A stretch of 64,000 bases of DNA from an uncultured Chloroflexia bacterium (GTDB lineage Bacteria > Chloroflexota > Limnocylindria > Limnocylindrales > CSP1-4), in the NCBI GenBank assembly GCA_963713975.1, contig OY970218.1:96001-160000 (forward strand). The letters run 5' to 3'. The notes beneath the pieces were generated by a model. The model was not told the DNA's origin and did no database searches. It saw only the letters and a list, made by a program, of their open reading frames with translations. The translations under genes were made by a program, and so were the position numbers. This document shows positions 41,070 through 50,412 of the stretch, in pieces. The first letter of the stretch is position 1; each line of letters opens with the position of its first letter.

Positions 41070-42902
41070 CTGGACCGCTGGCTCCGCGTGACGGTCGTCG
41101 CGCTCCTCCTCGCGCTCATCGGCGCGACAGGTGTTCCGGCACCCGCCGCGGCTGCTGCGCGCGTGCCGAAGGTGGCGCTGGTCGTGGGACCCGCCGGCTC
41201 GCTGACCAACACCTACCGTGCCCTGGCGGACGAGGCTGCGACGGCGGCTCGCAACGCCGGCGCCGAGGTGGTCAGGGTCTACTCGCCCAACGCCACGTGG
41301 CCTGCGGTCAAGCAGGCCGTGACGGGCGCCTCGATCGTCGTCTACCTGGGCCACGGAAACGGCTGGCCAAGTCCCTACCGGAATTCGCTGTACCCGCCCA
41401 CCCAGAATGGCTTCGGGTTGAACCCGGTCGCCGGCCGGGATGATTCGACGCACCAGTACTTCGGCGAGGCGTCCGTGGGCAAGCTGCAGCTCGCCCCGAA
41501 CGCCGTCGTGATCCTGAGCCACCTGTGCTATGCGTCCGGCAACGCGGAGCCCGGCCAGTCCGAAGGGACCACCACGCAGGCCGTCCAGCGCGTGGACAAC
41601 TTCGCGGCCGGGTTCCTGAAGGCCGGCGCGAAGGCCGTCGTCGCCGAGGCGTACCTCGGGCCCGCGTACTACGTGCGGTCGCTGCTGGGCGATCGCGGCA
41701 GCATCGAGGCCATCTGGTCGAGGTCCCCTGCCGCAAACGACCGCCACCCGATCGCCGCGCCGAGCGTGCGCACCCCTGGCTACACCCTCCACCTGGATCC
41801 CGACCACGCCGCCAGCGGCTTCGTCCGTTCGCTGGTGTCCCGTGGCGTCACCGCCGCCGAGATGCGCGCAGGCGCGACCGGGAGCGCCGGAGCCGCGCCG
41901 CGAACGGGCCCGTTCACGCCGGTGGCCGGGCCCACGCTGGCCTCGGCAGGCGTCCGGTTCGGTGAGCCTGCGTTCCAGTCACTGCCGATCGCGGGGGATA
42001 GGACGCAGCTGACGCTCCCGTTCACGGCCGGCAACCGCACGCTTGTCCCGGCAGGAACCGAGATGAGCATCCGGTGGGACCTGATCGTGCCCGATCCCGT
42101 GGCCGGGGGCGTGGACAGCGCGGCCGAGCCGACACCCTCCCCCTCGGTCTCACCGGCTCCCACCGAGACCACCGGGCCCGAGCTCGCACCGACCGCGACG
42201 CCCATCCCGGCCGCCCCTGAGGTCGACCTTGTCGTGCCCGAGCAACAGGGCTCCGTCGTGGAACCCGCGCGAGCAACGCGCACCACTGCCGGGCTGCGGC
42301 TGACCGTGCGCTACCCGGCAAAGGCCGGCCTGTACCGCCTGTCACTGATGCTCCACACGCCGGACGGGGTCGCCTACGACTCCGCGACCCAGGACCTCCT
42401 CGTGCCGATGCTGGTCCAGGTCGGCGGCCCGGTCGCTGCCGCGTACGGCGTCAACGGGACCATCGAGCTTGGCGCCGGCTCCTTGGCCGACATGCCCGTC
42501 CGGGTGCTGAACGCGGGCTCCGAGCCGTGGGACAGCACGCTGATCCTGCCGCCGACCGTGGAGAACGGACACGCGGCTCTGCCGTACCGGACCGCGGTCC
42601 TGCCGGCGCAGCTCGTGGCGACGTGGATATCGACGGGCTGGCTGGAGGTGCCCTCTCCCATCTCCGTCGTGATGAGCGCGGAAGCTGCCGCGCCCGGCAG
42701 CAGCACCGAGGTCATGATCCCCCTGGTCGCTCCAGCCCTGCCCGGCGACTACCTCCTCGTGCTCGACGTGCTGTCGTCGGTCGACGGGCCGTTGTCCGCC
42801 CTCGGATCCGCGCCCGCGATCGTCCGCGTCACCGTCGTGGCCCCGCCTTCGCCGTCGGTGTCCCCCATCGCCGTTCCCAAGGCGCCCCAGCCTCTCGATT
42901 GA
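41070..42902 (+). CDS. Secreted protein: caspase/CHAT-like (clan CD) N-terminal domain, Pro-rich linker, C-terminal Ig-like domain
   Basis: Signal peptide ending in an AAAAA stretch; VVYLGHG...ILSHLCYA and FAAGFLKAGAKAVVA; C-terminal VRVLNAGSEPW...LVAPALPGDYLLVLD. Start is CTG 41070 (after AAGGAG) or GTG 41088. Confidence 0.7.
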   Translation: MDRWLRVTVVALLLALIGATGVPAPAAAAARVPKVALVVGPAGSLTNTYRALADEAATAARNAGAEVVRVYSPNATWPAVKQAVTGASIVVYLGHGNGWPSPYRNSLYPPTQNGFGLNPVAGRDDSTHQYFGEASVGKLQLAPNAVVILSHLCYASGNAEPGQSEGTTTQAVQRVDNFAAGFLKAGAKAVVAEAYLGPAYYVRSLLGDRGSIEAIWSRSPAANDRHPIAAPSVRTPGYTLHLDPDHAASGFVRSLVSRGVTAAEMRAGATGSAGAAPRTGPFTPVAGPTLASAGVRFGEPAFQSLPIAGDRTQLTLPFTAGNRTLVPAGTEMSIRWDLIVPDPVAGGVDSAAEPTPSPSVSPAPTETTGPELAPTATPIPAAPEVDLVVPEQQGSVVEPARATRTTAGLRLTVRYPAKAGLYRLSLMLHTPDGVAYDSATQDLLVPMLVQVGGPVAAAYGVNGTIELGAGSLADMPVRVLNAGSEPWDSTLILPPTVENGHAALPYRTAVLPAQLVATWISTGWLEVPSPISVVMSAEAAAPGSSTEVMIPLVAPALPGDYLLVLDVLSSVDGPLSALGSAPAIVRVTVVAPPSPSVSPIAVPKAPQPLD

Positions 42903-42919
42903 CGACCTTGGCTCCGGGC

Positions 42920-43642
42920 GTGACAACTGCCGGCACCGTGCACGGCTTCCTGCCGTCCGTCCACGGGCTGCCGTTCTCCAACTCGTTCCCGCCCGGACCC
43001 ACGCTTCGGCTGGGGCCGTTCGACCCCAGGGTCATCGGGTTCGGCGATGCGTCCGCTGGCCTGTGCGGCGGGATGGCGCTGACGGCGCGCGACCTGTTCG
43101 AGGCCGGGCTGACCGGGCCGGCATCGACCGCAGGCCCACCCGAGAACGGCTCCCCGCAGTTCCGCGCGCTGGTCCGTCGCCAGGTGGAGTCACTGGACTG
43201 GCTCCGCGTCCCGTTCCGCTACCTGGATCTGCAGGCCCTGCGGCCGGATCCGCCGACGGGCGTGGCCCGCTGCCTGCGGCGTGAACCGCCACGGGTGGAG
43301 GCCGTCCTCCTGGAGTGGCCCCGGATCCAAGCCGAGATCGACGCCGGGCACCCGGCGGTGGTGGGTCTCATCAGGGCGGCGGGGCTTTCCCCGTGGGCCC
43401 TCACGCAGAACCACCAGGTCCTCGCCTGGGCGTGGGAGGCTGTCGAGGGTGTGACCACCATCCGCGTCTACGATCCGAACCACCCGGGCCGTGACGACGT
43501 GGAGCTGCGGGTGGGAATCGAGGATGACGCGGCCAGGCCATGGCGCGATCGAATCAACCTGGCGCAGTCAACCGGCGAGCCGCTCCTGGGCTTCTTCCGC
43601 CAGCCGTACCCGCCGGTGCGCAGCGTCCGGGCCTGGCGCTAG
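42920..43642 (+). CDS. Hypothetical protein with papain-like Cys-His-Asp motifs
   Basis: GLCGGMA, NHQVLA and RVYDPN motifs; alternative TTG start at 42899 overlapping the upstream stop. Confidence 0.7.
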   Translation: MTTAGTVHGFLPSVHGLPFSNSFPPGPTLRLGPFDPRVIGFGDASAGLCGGMALTARDLFEAGLTGPASTAGPPENGSPQFRALVRRQVESLDWLRVPFRYLDLQALRPDPPTGVARCLRREPPRVEAVLLEWPRIQAEIDAGHPAVVGLIRAAGLSPWALTQNHQVLAWAWEAVEGVTTIRVYDPNHPGRDDVELRVGIEDDAARPWRDRINLAQSTGEPLLGFFRQPYPPVRSVRAWR

Positions 43643-43661
43643 CAGTTGGGTGCGGGCCGGC

Positions 43662-44027
43662 TCAGCGGCGCGTGCGCTGGGCCAGGCCGGCGCTCGGGCC
43701 GGCCGGCTCCTCGGCATCCGGCACCGGCGCCTCGAGCTGCTCGCGGCGCCATCCACACCGGTAGCAGTGGTTCGCCGACGCGGTGTTCCGGGAGATGCAG
43801 CGCACGCAGTTCCAGGCAGTCGCCGGCATCCGGGGCCGTCGTCGGAGGACCCCGCGTAGCGCGATGGGTCCGTACTCGCGCCACAGGTCGGCCAGCTCGT
43901 CGCCGATCTGCATCAGCGTCTTGCGCGCGAGGACACCGATCACGCCGATGAGCATCGCCACGAGCACGACCCCAGCGACGACCTCGGGTGCGAAGTCGAG
44001 CCCCTCGGAGGTGACAACGGGCGTCAT
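43662..44027 (-). CDS. Single-pass membrane protein with RanBP2-type zinc finger
   Basis: N-terminal TM; WNCVRCISRNTASANHCYRCG fits W-x-C-x2-C-x3-N-x6-C-x2-C; GGAGGG RBS-like element upstream. Confidence 0.72.
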   Translation of the reverse strand: MTPVVTSEGLDFAPEVVAGVVLVAMLIGVIGVLARKTLMQIGDELADLWREYGPIALRGVLRRRPRMPATAWNCVRCISRNTASANHCYRCGWRREQLEAPVPDAEEPAGPSAGLAQRTRR

Positions 44028-44116
44028 GCGTCGATGTTCACGATCCCTCCGGTTGGCCGCAAGCGACCGATGGGGGTAACGCCGGCAGGAACGCGCGACC
44101 GTTCCGCCCGAGATGA

Positions 44117-46813
44117 TCACAGGGCCGGCAGGACCTGGGCGTCCGCCGGGAGTCCCGCCCACAGGTCGCCGACCTCCGCGACACGGTCCGGAAGGCTGCG
44201 GATGGTCCACCGGTCGGGGGCCAGGTCCGGGTCGTCCAGCTCCTCCCAGCGGATGGGTGCCGAGGCCGGCGCGCCCGGTCGCGGCCGGACCGCGTACGGC
44301 GCAACCAGGGTCTTGATCGGTGCGTTCTGCGTGTAGTCCAAGCGGGCGCGACCACCGCGCTCGGCCTTCGCCCACTCCCACGAGACGAGGTCCGGGACGA
44401 TTGCGCCGATCGCCCGTGACAGCTTCTCCACCCAGGCGCTCGTGTCCGCGTAGGTGTAGCGACCACGCTCGATCGGGATCCAGGCCTGAATCCCCCGGCT
44501 GCCGGTCAGCTTCGGATATGCCCGCACGCCCAGGTGGGCGAGCGCGGTCCGGTAGAGCCGGGCGATGGCGAGGGTCTCCTCCCAGGTGGTGGCCGTGCCG
44601 GGATCGATGTCGATGAGGGCATACGTGGGCGTCCAGGGATCGTGGAGCGTGGAGGTCCAGGCGTGGATCTCGAACGCGGCCTGGTTGCCCAGCCAGCACA
44701 GCGCGGACGCCCGGTCAGCGACCAGGTGGTCGTTGGGCTCGCGATCCTCGCGCTCGCGGAAGCCCTGCTCGTGCCAGATCGCCAGCCAGCGCGGCGCCGA
44801 GGAGGGGATGTCCTTCTGCCAGAAGCCGGGCGCACCGGCCCCATTGGGGAACCGCTGGAGGTTGAGCGGACGGTCCACGAGGTGCGGCAGCATCACCGGC
44901 GCGATCCGCGCGAAGTACCGGACCAGGTCGCGCTTGGTCAACGGCTCGTCATCGGTGCCTGGACGCGGGGGGAACAGGACCTTGTCGAGATTCGTGAGCC
45001 GCAGCTCCTGGCCCGCGACCTGCCACGTGCCCTCCGCCTTCAGCTGCGTGAGGGTGTCGAGCTCCGTGGCCGAGACGAGCCAGGCAGCGTCCGGTCCGAC
45101 CGCGGCCCGACCCGTGGCCGCTGGGACCGGCGCGACGACGCTCTCCCCCGCCGCACGCTCCGCCTTCGCCGGGTCGACGGCACGCTCCCGGACGACCTCG
45201 CGGGGATCGCGGCCGGGCTCCAGGCCCTTGAAGGATGTCTGGCGCACATGCCCATCGCGCGTCCACCCCCCGATCTCGGCCCGGATCACCAGGTCCGGCC
45301 GGACCCATCGCACGCCGGCCAGGTCGCCGCCCCAGCGGCCGCGATAGCCGGGCGCGGGTGCGGGGTCGAACGCGGGGGCCTCCGTCTCCAGCGCCTCCAG
45401 CCGGGTCCGCAGGTCCGTGCGAGTCCGCGCATCGAACCCGGATCCCACCTTGCCGGCGAACCGCAGCTGGTCGCCGTCGTAGACCCCCACCACGACCGCA
45501 CCGAGCGGTTCCGCGCTCCCCTTCCCCGGCGTCCAGCCGCCGACCACGAGCTCCTGTTCCGGCCTCGCCTTGATCTTCAGCCAGGTCGAGACCCGCTTAC
45601 CGGGCTCGTACCGGGACCGGCGGTGCTTGGCGACGATCCCCTCGAGCGCCTGTGCCTTGGCCGCCTCGAAGAACGCCACCCCTTCCGTCTCGATCGCCGG
45701 GGCCACCTGGACCCGCGGCGAGGGTCGCACCACCAGCTCCAGGAGCCGCTTCCGCCCCTCGAGGGGGACGTCGAGCAGCGAGCGCCCGTCGAGGTACAGG
45801 AGGTCGAAGGCCTGGAAGACCAGCGGCACCGGCCGGCCGGTGCGCCCGGCGCCGATCCGCTCCTGGAGCAGGCCAAAATCCGGGCGCCCGGCCTCGTCCA
45901 GCGCCACGACCTCACCGTCGACGATGGCCTCCCGCGCATCGATCCAGGACGGCGGGGTCAGCAGCCGGGGGAAGTACGCCTCGGCATCATGACCGTTGCG
46001 GGTGAACAGCGAGACCTGTCCGTCACGCACGACTGCCTCGACCCGGTAGCCGTCCCACTTGACCTCGAACAGCCAGTCCTCGTCTCGAAAGGCGCGGGTC
46101 GCGAGCGTCGCCTTCATCGGCTCGAGGTAGCGGGGCATCGGCGCCTCGCGGGCTCCCGCGAGGTCGATCGCCGCGCTCGCCGCCGGGGCCTCCGATACCC
46201 ACAGCGCCGGTGCGTTCGCCTTGACCTCGTCGTTGGTGCGGCCGGACTTCACGCTCTGGGGATGGTCCTCGGCGTCCCATCCAGCCACGGCGTGCTCGTC
46301 GCGCTTGTGGATCAGGAGCCACTGCTCGCCGTCGTCGTCCTCGAAGGCGGTCCTGGGGGCCGTTCCCGGCCGGCGGCTGGTGCGCACGATGGTGAAGCGG
46401 CCACGGAGCCTCTCCCCGCTGGCACGGAACTTAAGCTCTCCGTTGGCGATGGCGGCGGCGGGATCCGGGGTCTGGGCCTCCGGCTCCCATGTGCCCCAGT
46501 CCCAGACGATGACGTCGCCCGCGCCGTACTGCCTGGCCGGGATCACGCCCTCGAAATCGAAGTACTCGACCGGGTGGTCCTCCACGTGGACCGCCATCCG
46601 ACGCACGTCGGCGTCCAGCGTCGGGCCCTTGGGCACGGCCCACGAGACGAGGACGCCGTCAATCTCGAGCCGGACGTCGTAGTGGAGGCGCGTCGCCCGG
46701 TGCCGCTGGACGACGAACCGGCGGCTCCCCGGATCTGCGGCCAGGACGTCGCCGGGCGCCGGCTCCGGCGTCCTCGCGAAGTCGCGCTTGCGGCGGTACT
46801 CGTCGAGCGGCAT
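44117..46813 (-). CDS. ligD: NHEJ DNA ligase D (phosphoesterase-ligase-polymerase)
   Basis: YRRKRDF..TPEP and FVVQRH.A.RLHYD (PE); EVKWDGYR, EGIVAK and WLKIK (ligase); LTNLDKVLFP, DIDPG, LTGSRG and DYTQN (primase-polymerase). Confidence 0.96.
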   Translation of the reverse strand: MPLDEYRRKRDFARTPEPAPGDVLAADPGSRRFVVQRHRATRLHYDVRLEIDGVLVSWAVPKGPTLDADVRRMAVHVEDHPVEYFDFEGVIPARQYGAGDVIVWDWGTWEPEAQTPDPAAAIANGELKFRASGERLRGRFTIVRTSRRPGTAPRTAFEDDDGEQWLLIHKRDEHAVAGWDAEDHPQSVKSGRTNDEVKANAPALWVSEAPAASAAIDLAGAREAPMPRYLEPMKATLATRAFRDEDWLFEVKWDGYRVEAVVRDGQVSLFTRNGHDAEAYFPRLLTPPSWIDAREAIVDGEVVALDEAGRPDFGLLQERIGAGRTGRPVPLVFQAFDLLYLDGRSLLDVPLEGRKRLLELVVRPSPRVQVAPAIETEGVAFFEAAKAQALEGIVAKHRRSRYEPGKRVSTWLKIKARPEQELVVGGWTPGKGSAEPLGAVVVGVYDGDQLRFAGKVGSGFDARTRTDLRTRLEALETEAPAFDPAPAPGYRGRWGGDLAGVRWVRPDLVIRAEIGGWTRDGHVRQTSFKGLEPGRDPREVVRERAVDPAKAERAAGESVVAPVPAATGRAAVGPDAAWLVSATELDTLTQLKAEGTWQVAGQELRLTNLDKVLFPPRPGTDDEPLTKRDLVRYFARIAPVMLPHLVDRPLNLQRFPNGAGAPGFWQKDIPSSAPRWLAIWHEQGFREREDREPNDHLVADRASALCWLGNQAAFEIHAWTSTLHDPWTPTYALIDIDPGTATTWEETLAIARLYRTALAHLGVRAYPKLTGSRGIQAWIPIERGRYTYADTSAWVEKLSRAIGAIVPDLVSWEWAKAERGGRARLDYTQNAPIKTLVAPYAVRPRPGAPASAPIRWEELDDPDLAPDRWTIRSLPDRVAEVGDLWAGLPADAQVLPAL

Positions 46814-46896
46814 GGGCGGAGTATGCCGGTGCGCCACCGGAAGCGGACCGCTTGGTCACGACCGCACGACCCATGGCGCGTGGCGTCGCCCCGGCG

Positions 46897-47847
46897 CTAC
46901 GCGCTCTTGCGACGACGGGCCGGGCGGGTCTCAACGGGCGCCGGATCGGCAGCGGCCTCGGGCTCCGCGGATGCGTCCGCCTTGGCCTTCGAGGTCCTCG
47001 AGGCCCGCTGCTTCTTGACCTCGGCCACGGACACGGGCGCCCCGCCGTCCTTCGCCTTCTCGTCGGTGGCAGCCTTGACGCTGGCCTGGAGCAGCTTCAT
47101 CAGGTCGACCAGGTTCGCGCTCTCCGCGACCGGCTCCGGTTCCGCGATCTCCACGCCGTCGACCTTGGCCTGGATGACCGACAGGAGGGCGTCGCGGTAC
47201 TCGTCGCGGTACTTGGCGGGGTCGAACGCCTCCGTCATCGTCTCGACAAGCTGCTCGGCCATCTTGATCTCGGCGGGCTTGAAGTCGAGCTCCTCGTCCG
47301 GCAGGTCCAGCTCCTTGGTGGACCGGATCTCGTCCGGCCAGTGGAGCGTCGTGAGCAGCATGGTGTCCTCGAACGGGTCGAGCGCGGCGAGCGCCTCCCG
47401 ATCCCGGATCACGACCTTGCAGATCGCCGTGAGCCCCTTGGCATCAAGAACCGACCGCAGGAGGTAGAACGCCTTGCGGCCGATCTTGTCCGGCTCGATG
47501 TAGTACGCCTGCCGGGTGAACCGGGCGTGCTGCCGGGTGGCATCGTCACGCGGGGCGAACTGCTCGATCTCGATGGAGCGGACGGTCTTGAGCGGGACCT
47601 TCTCGAGATCCTCGTCCGTGATCACCACGTACTGGTCAGGCGCGTACTCGTAGCCCTTCACGGTGTCGCCCCGGGTGATGACCTTCTCGTCCTCGGGGCA
47701 CCAGACCTTCATCTGGATCCGCGTCATGTCCGTCTCGTGGAGCATGTTGAAGCGGATCGTGTAGTCGGACTCGGTAGCCGTGTATAGCTTCACGGGGATG
47801 GTCACGAGGCCGAACTGGATGGCCCCCTTCCACATCGAGCGTGCCAC
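46897..47847 (-). CDS. ku: NHEJ Ku protein
   Basis: MARSMWKGAIQFGLVTIPVKLY, VKGYEY, YYIEP, FDPAKYRDEY and VDLMKLLQASV motifs; basic C-terminal tail. Confidence 0.96.
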   Translation of the reverse strand: MARSMWKGAIQFGLVTIPVKLYTATESDYTIRFNMLHETDMTRIQMKVWCPEDEKVITRGDTVKGYEYAPDQYVVITDEDLEKVPLKTVRSIEIEQFAPRDDATRQHARFTRQAYYIEPDKIGRKAFYLLRSVLDAKGLTAICKVVIRDREALAALDPFEDTMLLTTLHWPDEIRSTKELDLPDEELDFKPAEIKMAEQLVETMTEAFDPAKYRDEYRDALLSVIQAKVDGVEIAEPEPVAESANLVDLMKLLQASVKAATDEKAKDGGAPVSVAEVKKQRASRTSKAKADASAEPEAAADPAPVETRPARRRKSA

Positions 47848-47972
47848 GGGCGTGCTCCGTCATGGTGCGGTCCGGGTCGGACGGGTCCCGGGCCCACCCG
47901 GTCGGACCGGGACGGTGACTCTACCACTCGGCCGCAACCGGGCCTGCCGTGCGCGGGAGGAGTACGCGCAGC

Positions 47973-50288
47973 CTACGGGACGATGATGAAGGCGTCCACG
48001 TCCACGCGCGGCCGCCCGGACGTGCCGGCCACGACGACCCTCAGGGTGTGCGTGCCGGGAGTGGTCCAGGTGCGCGTGAACACGAGGACCCGGTGTTTGG
48101 CCGACGACCTGCGCAGGTCCACGGCGGCGGCGAGCGATCCGTCGATGTAGACCTTCGCCGTGCCACGCTTGGGACCCTTGGATGCGACCAGGGCGATCGC
48201 ACGACCTGTGAACGCCCGCGTGACGGCTGCGCCCTTGGTTCGCGAGTAGAGGCTCGTCCCACCGGACATCCAACTCGCGCGGTAGCGCGCCCAGCGGCCC
48301 GTGCGGAGGAGCGATGCGCTCGTGTCCTGCGAGCGACCCGGCGTGAAGGCAGGGCTCTCCACCCAGCCGCTCCAGTTGCCCGCACGATCCCGGGCGCGAA
48401 CCCCGAGCGAGTACGTGTGGCCGATGGCCATGGTCCTGGTCACCTGGCGCGTGCCGGAGGGCATCGTCGTCGCCGAACCGAGGGACCCGTCCACGCGCCA
48501 CCGGGCCTGGTAGGCCGCGGCCGACCCTCCAGGATCGGAGGCGGCGGCCCACGTGCCCGTGGCCTCCACGGCCGATGAGCGCAGGAGCGAGCCGGTCCGC
48601 AGCCTGAGGATCGGTGCGGATATGGCTGGCCGGACGCTGTCCACGGTGACGGGGAACGAAGATGTCCGCCGTCGCGAGCCGTCGGTTGCCGTCACCTTCA
48701 CGGCGTAGGTGCCGCTCGGCGTTGCTGGTGGGACCTTCACGGCCACGGACGTGGCCGTCCCTCCCGGGCCGGCCAGCACCGAGTCCCCGAGGGTCGCCAC
48801 GAGCGGCGCCTCCGCGATGACCTGGAGATCCACCTCGCCCGGGAAGTCCTCCGCCCTGACGACGGCAACCGGAAGCTTCAGGGTCCCGCCCGCCGCGCCA
48901 ACCAGTGCGCCGTGCGATGTCCCGGGCGTGGCATCGACGGTGAAGTCGCCCAGGGCGAGGATGTGGGAGACGTCAAGCAGGGGCTCATGGGTCGAGTCCG
49001 GGTCCGACGCGGTGTTCCAGTCCAGGTTGCCCGCCGCCCGGAGCGCGAGGCGCACCTGCGCCGGTGTTGCCAGCGGACGGGATGCCTTGTACAGGGCCGC
49101 AGCGCCCGCTACGTGTGGCGCTGCCATGGACGTGCCCGAGATATAGCCGTACCGGTTGCCGGGCAGCGTGGACCAGATGCACTTGCCCGGGGCGATCAGG
49201 TCGACGTCGCCCCCGTAGTTGGAGAAGTCGGCAAACGTGTCGTCCCGATCGTAGGTGCCCCACGAGTAGCACAACGCGCCACCCAGCCCGCCGGGCTTGC
49301 CGTCCGTATCCGCGAGCGCGGACACCGTGATGACCTCGTTGTAGCTCGCGGGCTTGAGCTTGGCGGCGCTGAAGCCGTTGTTGCCCGCCGCCGCGACGAC
49401 GGTGACGCCCGACGCGACCAGGCGGCAGATCGCCTGGTGGATCAGGTCCTTGTTCGTCAGGCCGCAGTTGCGGTCGTCGGTGCCCGCCTTGGCAACCGAC
49501 ATGTTGACCGCCTCGAACAGCGGCCGAGTGGGATCGACCGGGTCGCGCTGTGCCGTGATCCAGTCGAGGCCGCAGACGTACCACGACACGAGGCCGTTGC
49601 CGGCGGAGTCCAGGATCCGGACGGACCACAGGCGGACACCGGGTGCGGTGCCCACGACGCCCGTCCCGTTGTCGAGCGCCCCGACGGTGCCGGCGACATG
49701 CGTCCCGTGGCCGTTGCCATCGCCCCATGCGTTGGGATTGCTGGTCGAGCAGTTGATGCCACCGGCGACGTTCAGGTCGTCGTGGGACTTGTCGATGCCG
49801 GTGTCCACGATGGCGACGTCGGCATCGACGCGCTCGGCCGATCCGTCCGGGCCGTCCTTGCCGTCGATCGCGGCGATCAGGCTCTGGCGACCGTCGATGC
49901 GGCGCACGCCCGTGGGCACGGACTGCCCGGCGATCGAGATCACCTCGTCCGGGATCACCGCCTCGACGTCGGGCTCGCCGCGCAGGCTGGCAACCTGGTC
50001 CGGGTCGAGACGCGCGGCATACCCCTTGACGGCGTGGCTGAAGGAGCGGTCCGGCTTGACGCCCAGCCTCGCGGCACGGCCGGTCGCGAGACCCAGGCTC
50101 TTCCCGGGGCGCAGCAGCACGATGAACCGGCCGGCGGCGGACAAGGGCGCCGTGTCCCCTTTCGCGTCGCGAGACGGGCTGTCTGAGGGCGCACCGGACC
50201 CGGGCGCCGCGGCCGCTGGCCGGGGCGCGGTGGGAATCGCGGCGATCGCGATCAGGCACGCGATCGCCAGCGGTGCGGCGCGTCGCAT
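47973..50288 (-). CDS. Secreted S8 subtilisin-like serine peptidase with I9 propeptide and C-terminal Ig/FN3-like domains
   Basis: Signal peptide; catalytic triad motifs VDTGID, HGTHVAG and GTSMAAPHVAG; AAGN oxyanion motif; GGAGGG RBS. Confidence 0.93.
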   Translation of the reverse strand: MRRAAPLAIACLIAIAAIPTAPRPAAAAPGSGAPSDSPSRDAKGDTAPLSAAGRFIVLLRPGKSLGLATGRAARLGVKPDRSFSHAVKGYAARLDPDQVASLRGEPDVEAVIPDEVISIAGQSVPTGVRRIDGRQSLIAAIDGKDGPDGSAERVDADVAIVDTGIDKSHDDLNVAGGINCSTSNPNAWGDGNGHGTHVAGTVGALDNGTGVVGTAPGVRLWSVRILDSAGNGLVSWYVCGLDWITAQRDPVDPTRPLFEAVNMSVAKAGTDDRNCGLTNKDLIHQAICRLVASGVTVVAAAGNNGFSAAKLKPASYNEVITVSALADTDGKPGGLGGALCYSWGTYDRDDTFADFSNYGGDVDLIAPGKCIWSTLPGNRYGYISGTSMAAPHVAGAAALYKASRPLATPAQVRLALRAAGNLDWNTASDPDSTHEPLLDVSHILALGDFTVDATPGTSHGALVGAAGGTLKLPVAVVRAEDFPGEVDLQVIAEAPLVATLGDSVLAGPGGTATSVAVKVPPATPSGTYAVKVTATDGSRRRTSSFPVTVDSVRPAISAPILRLRTGSLLRSSAVEATGTWAAASDPGGSAAAYQARWRVDGSLGSATTMPSGTRQVTRTMAIGHTYSLGVRARDRAGNWSGWVESPAFTPGRSQDTSASLLRTGRWARYRASWMSGGTSLYSRTKGAAVTRAFTGRAIALVASKGPKRGTAKVYIDGSLAAAVDLRRSSAKHRVLVFTRTWTTPGTHTLRVVVAGTSGRPRVDVDAFIIVP

Positions 50289-50412
50289 TTGCCCTCCATG
50301 TGCGTTCGATCCACCCTGGCGGACGCTCTCGCCGCCCGGGACGGGGATCATAGTGTCCCACCGGGTGGACAGGCGGAGTATGGCCCAGTGGTCCTGGCTC
50401 ACCTGCCGACGA

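Noticed and set aside
44534-47467. 977-aa plus-strand ORF and similar long ORFs (9727-12135, 12327-14795, 20024-22384, 32689-34776, 38840-41443, 49354-52590)
   Set aside because: Antisense or off-frame shadows of clearly identifiable genes; expected in very GC-rich DNA with few stop codons; Arg/Gly/Pro-rich with no motifs.
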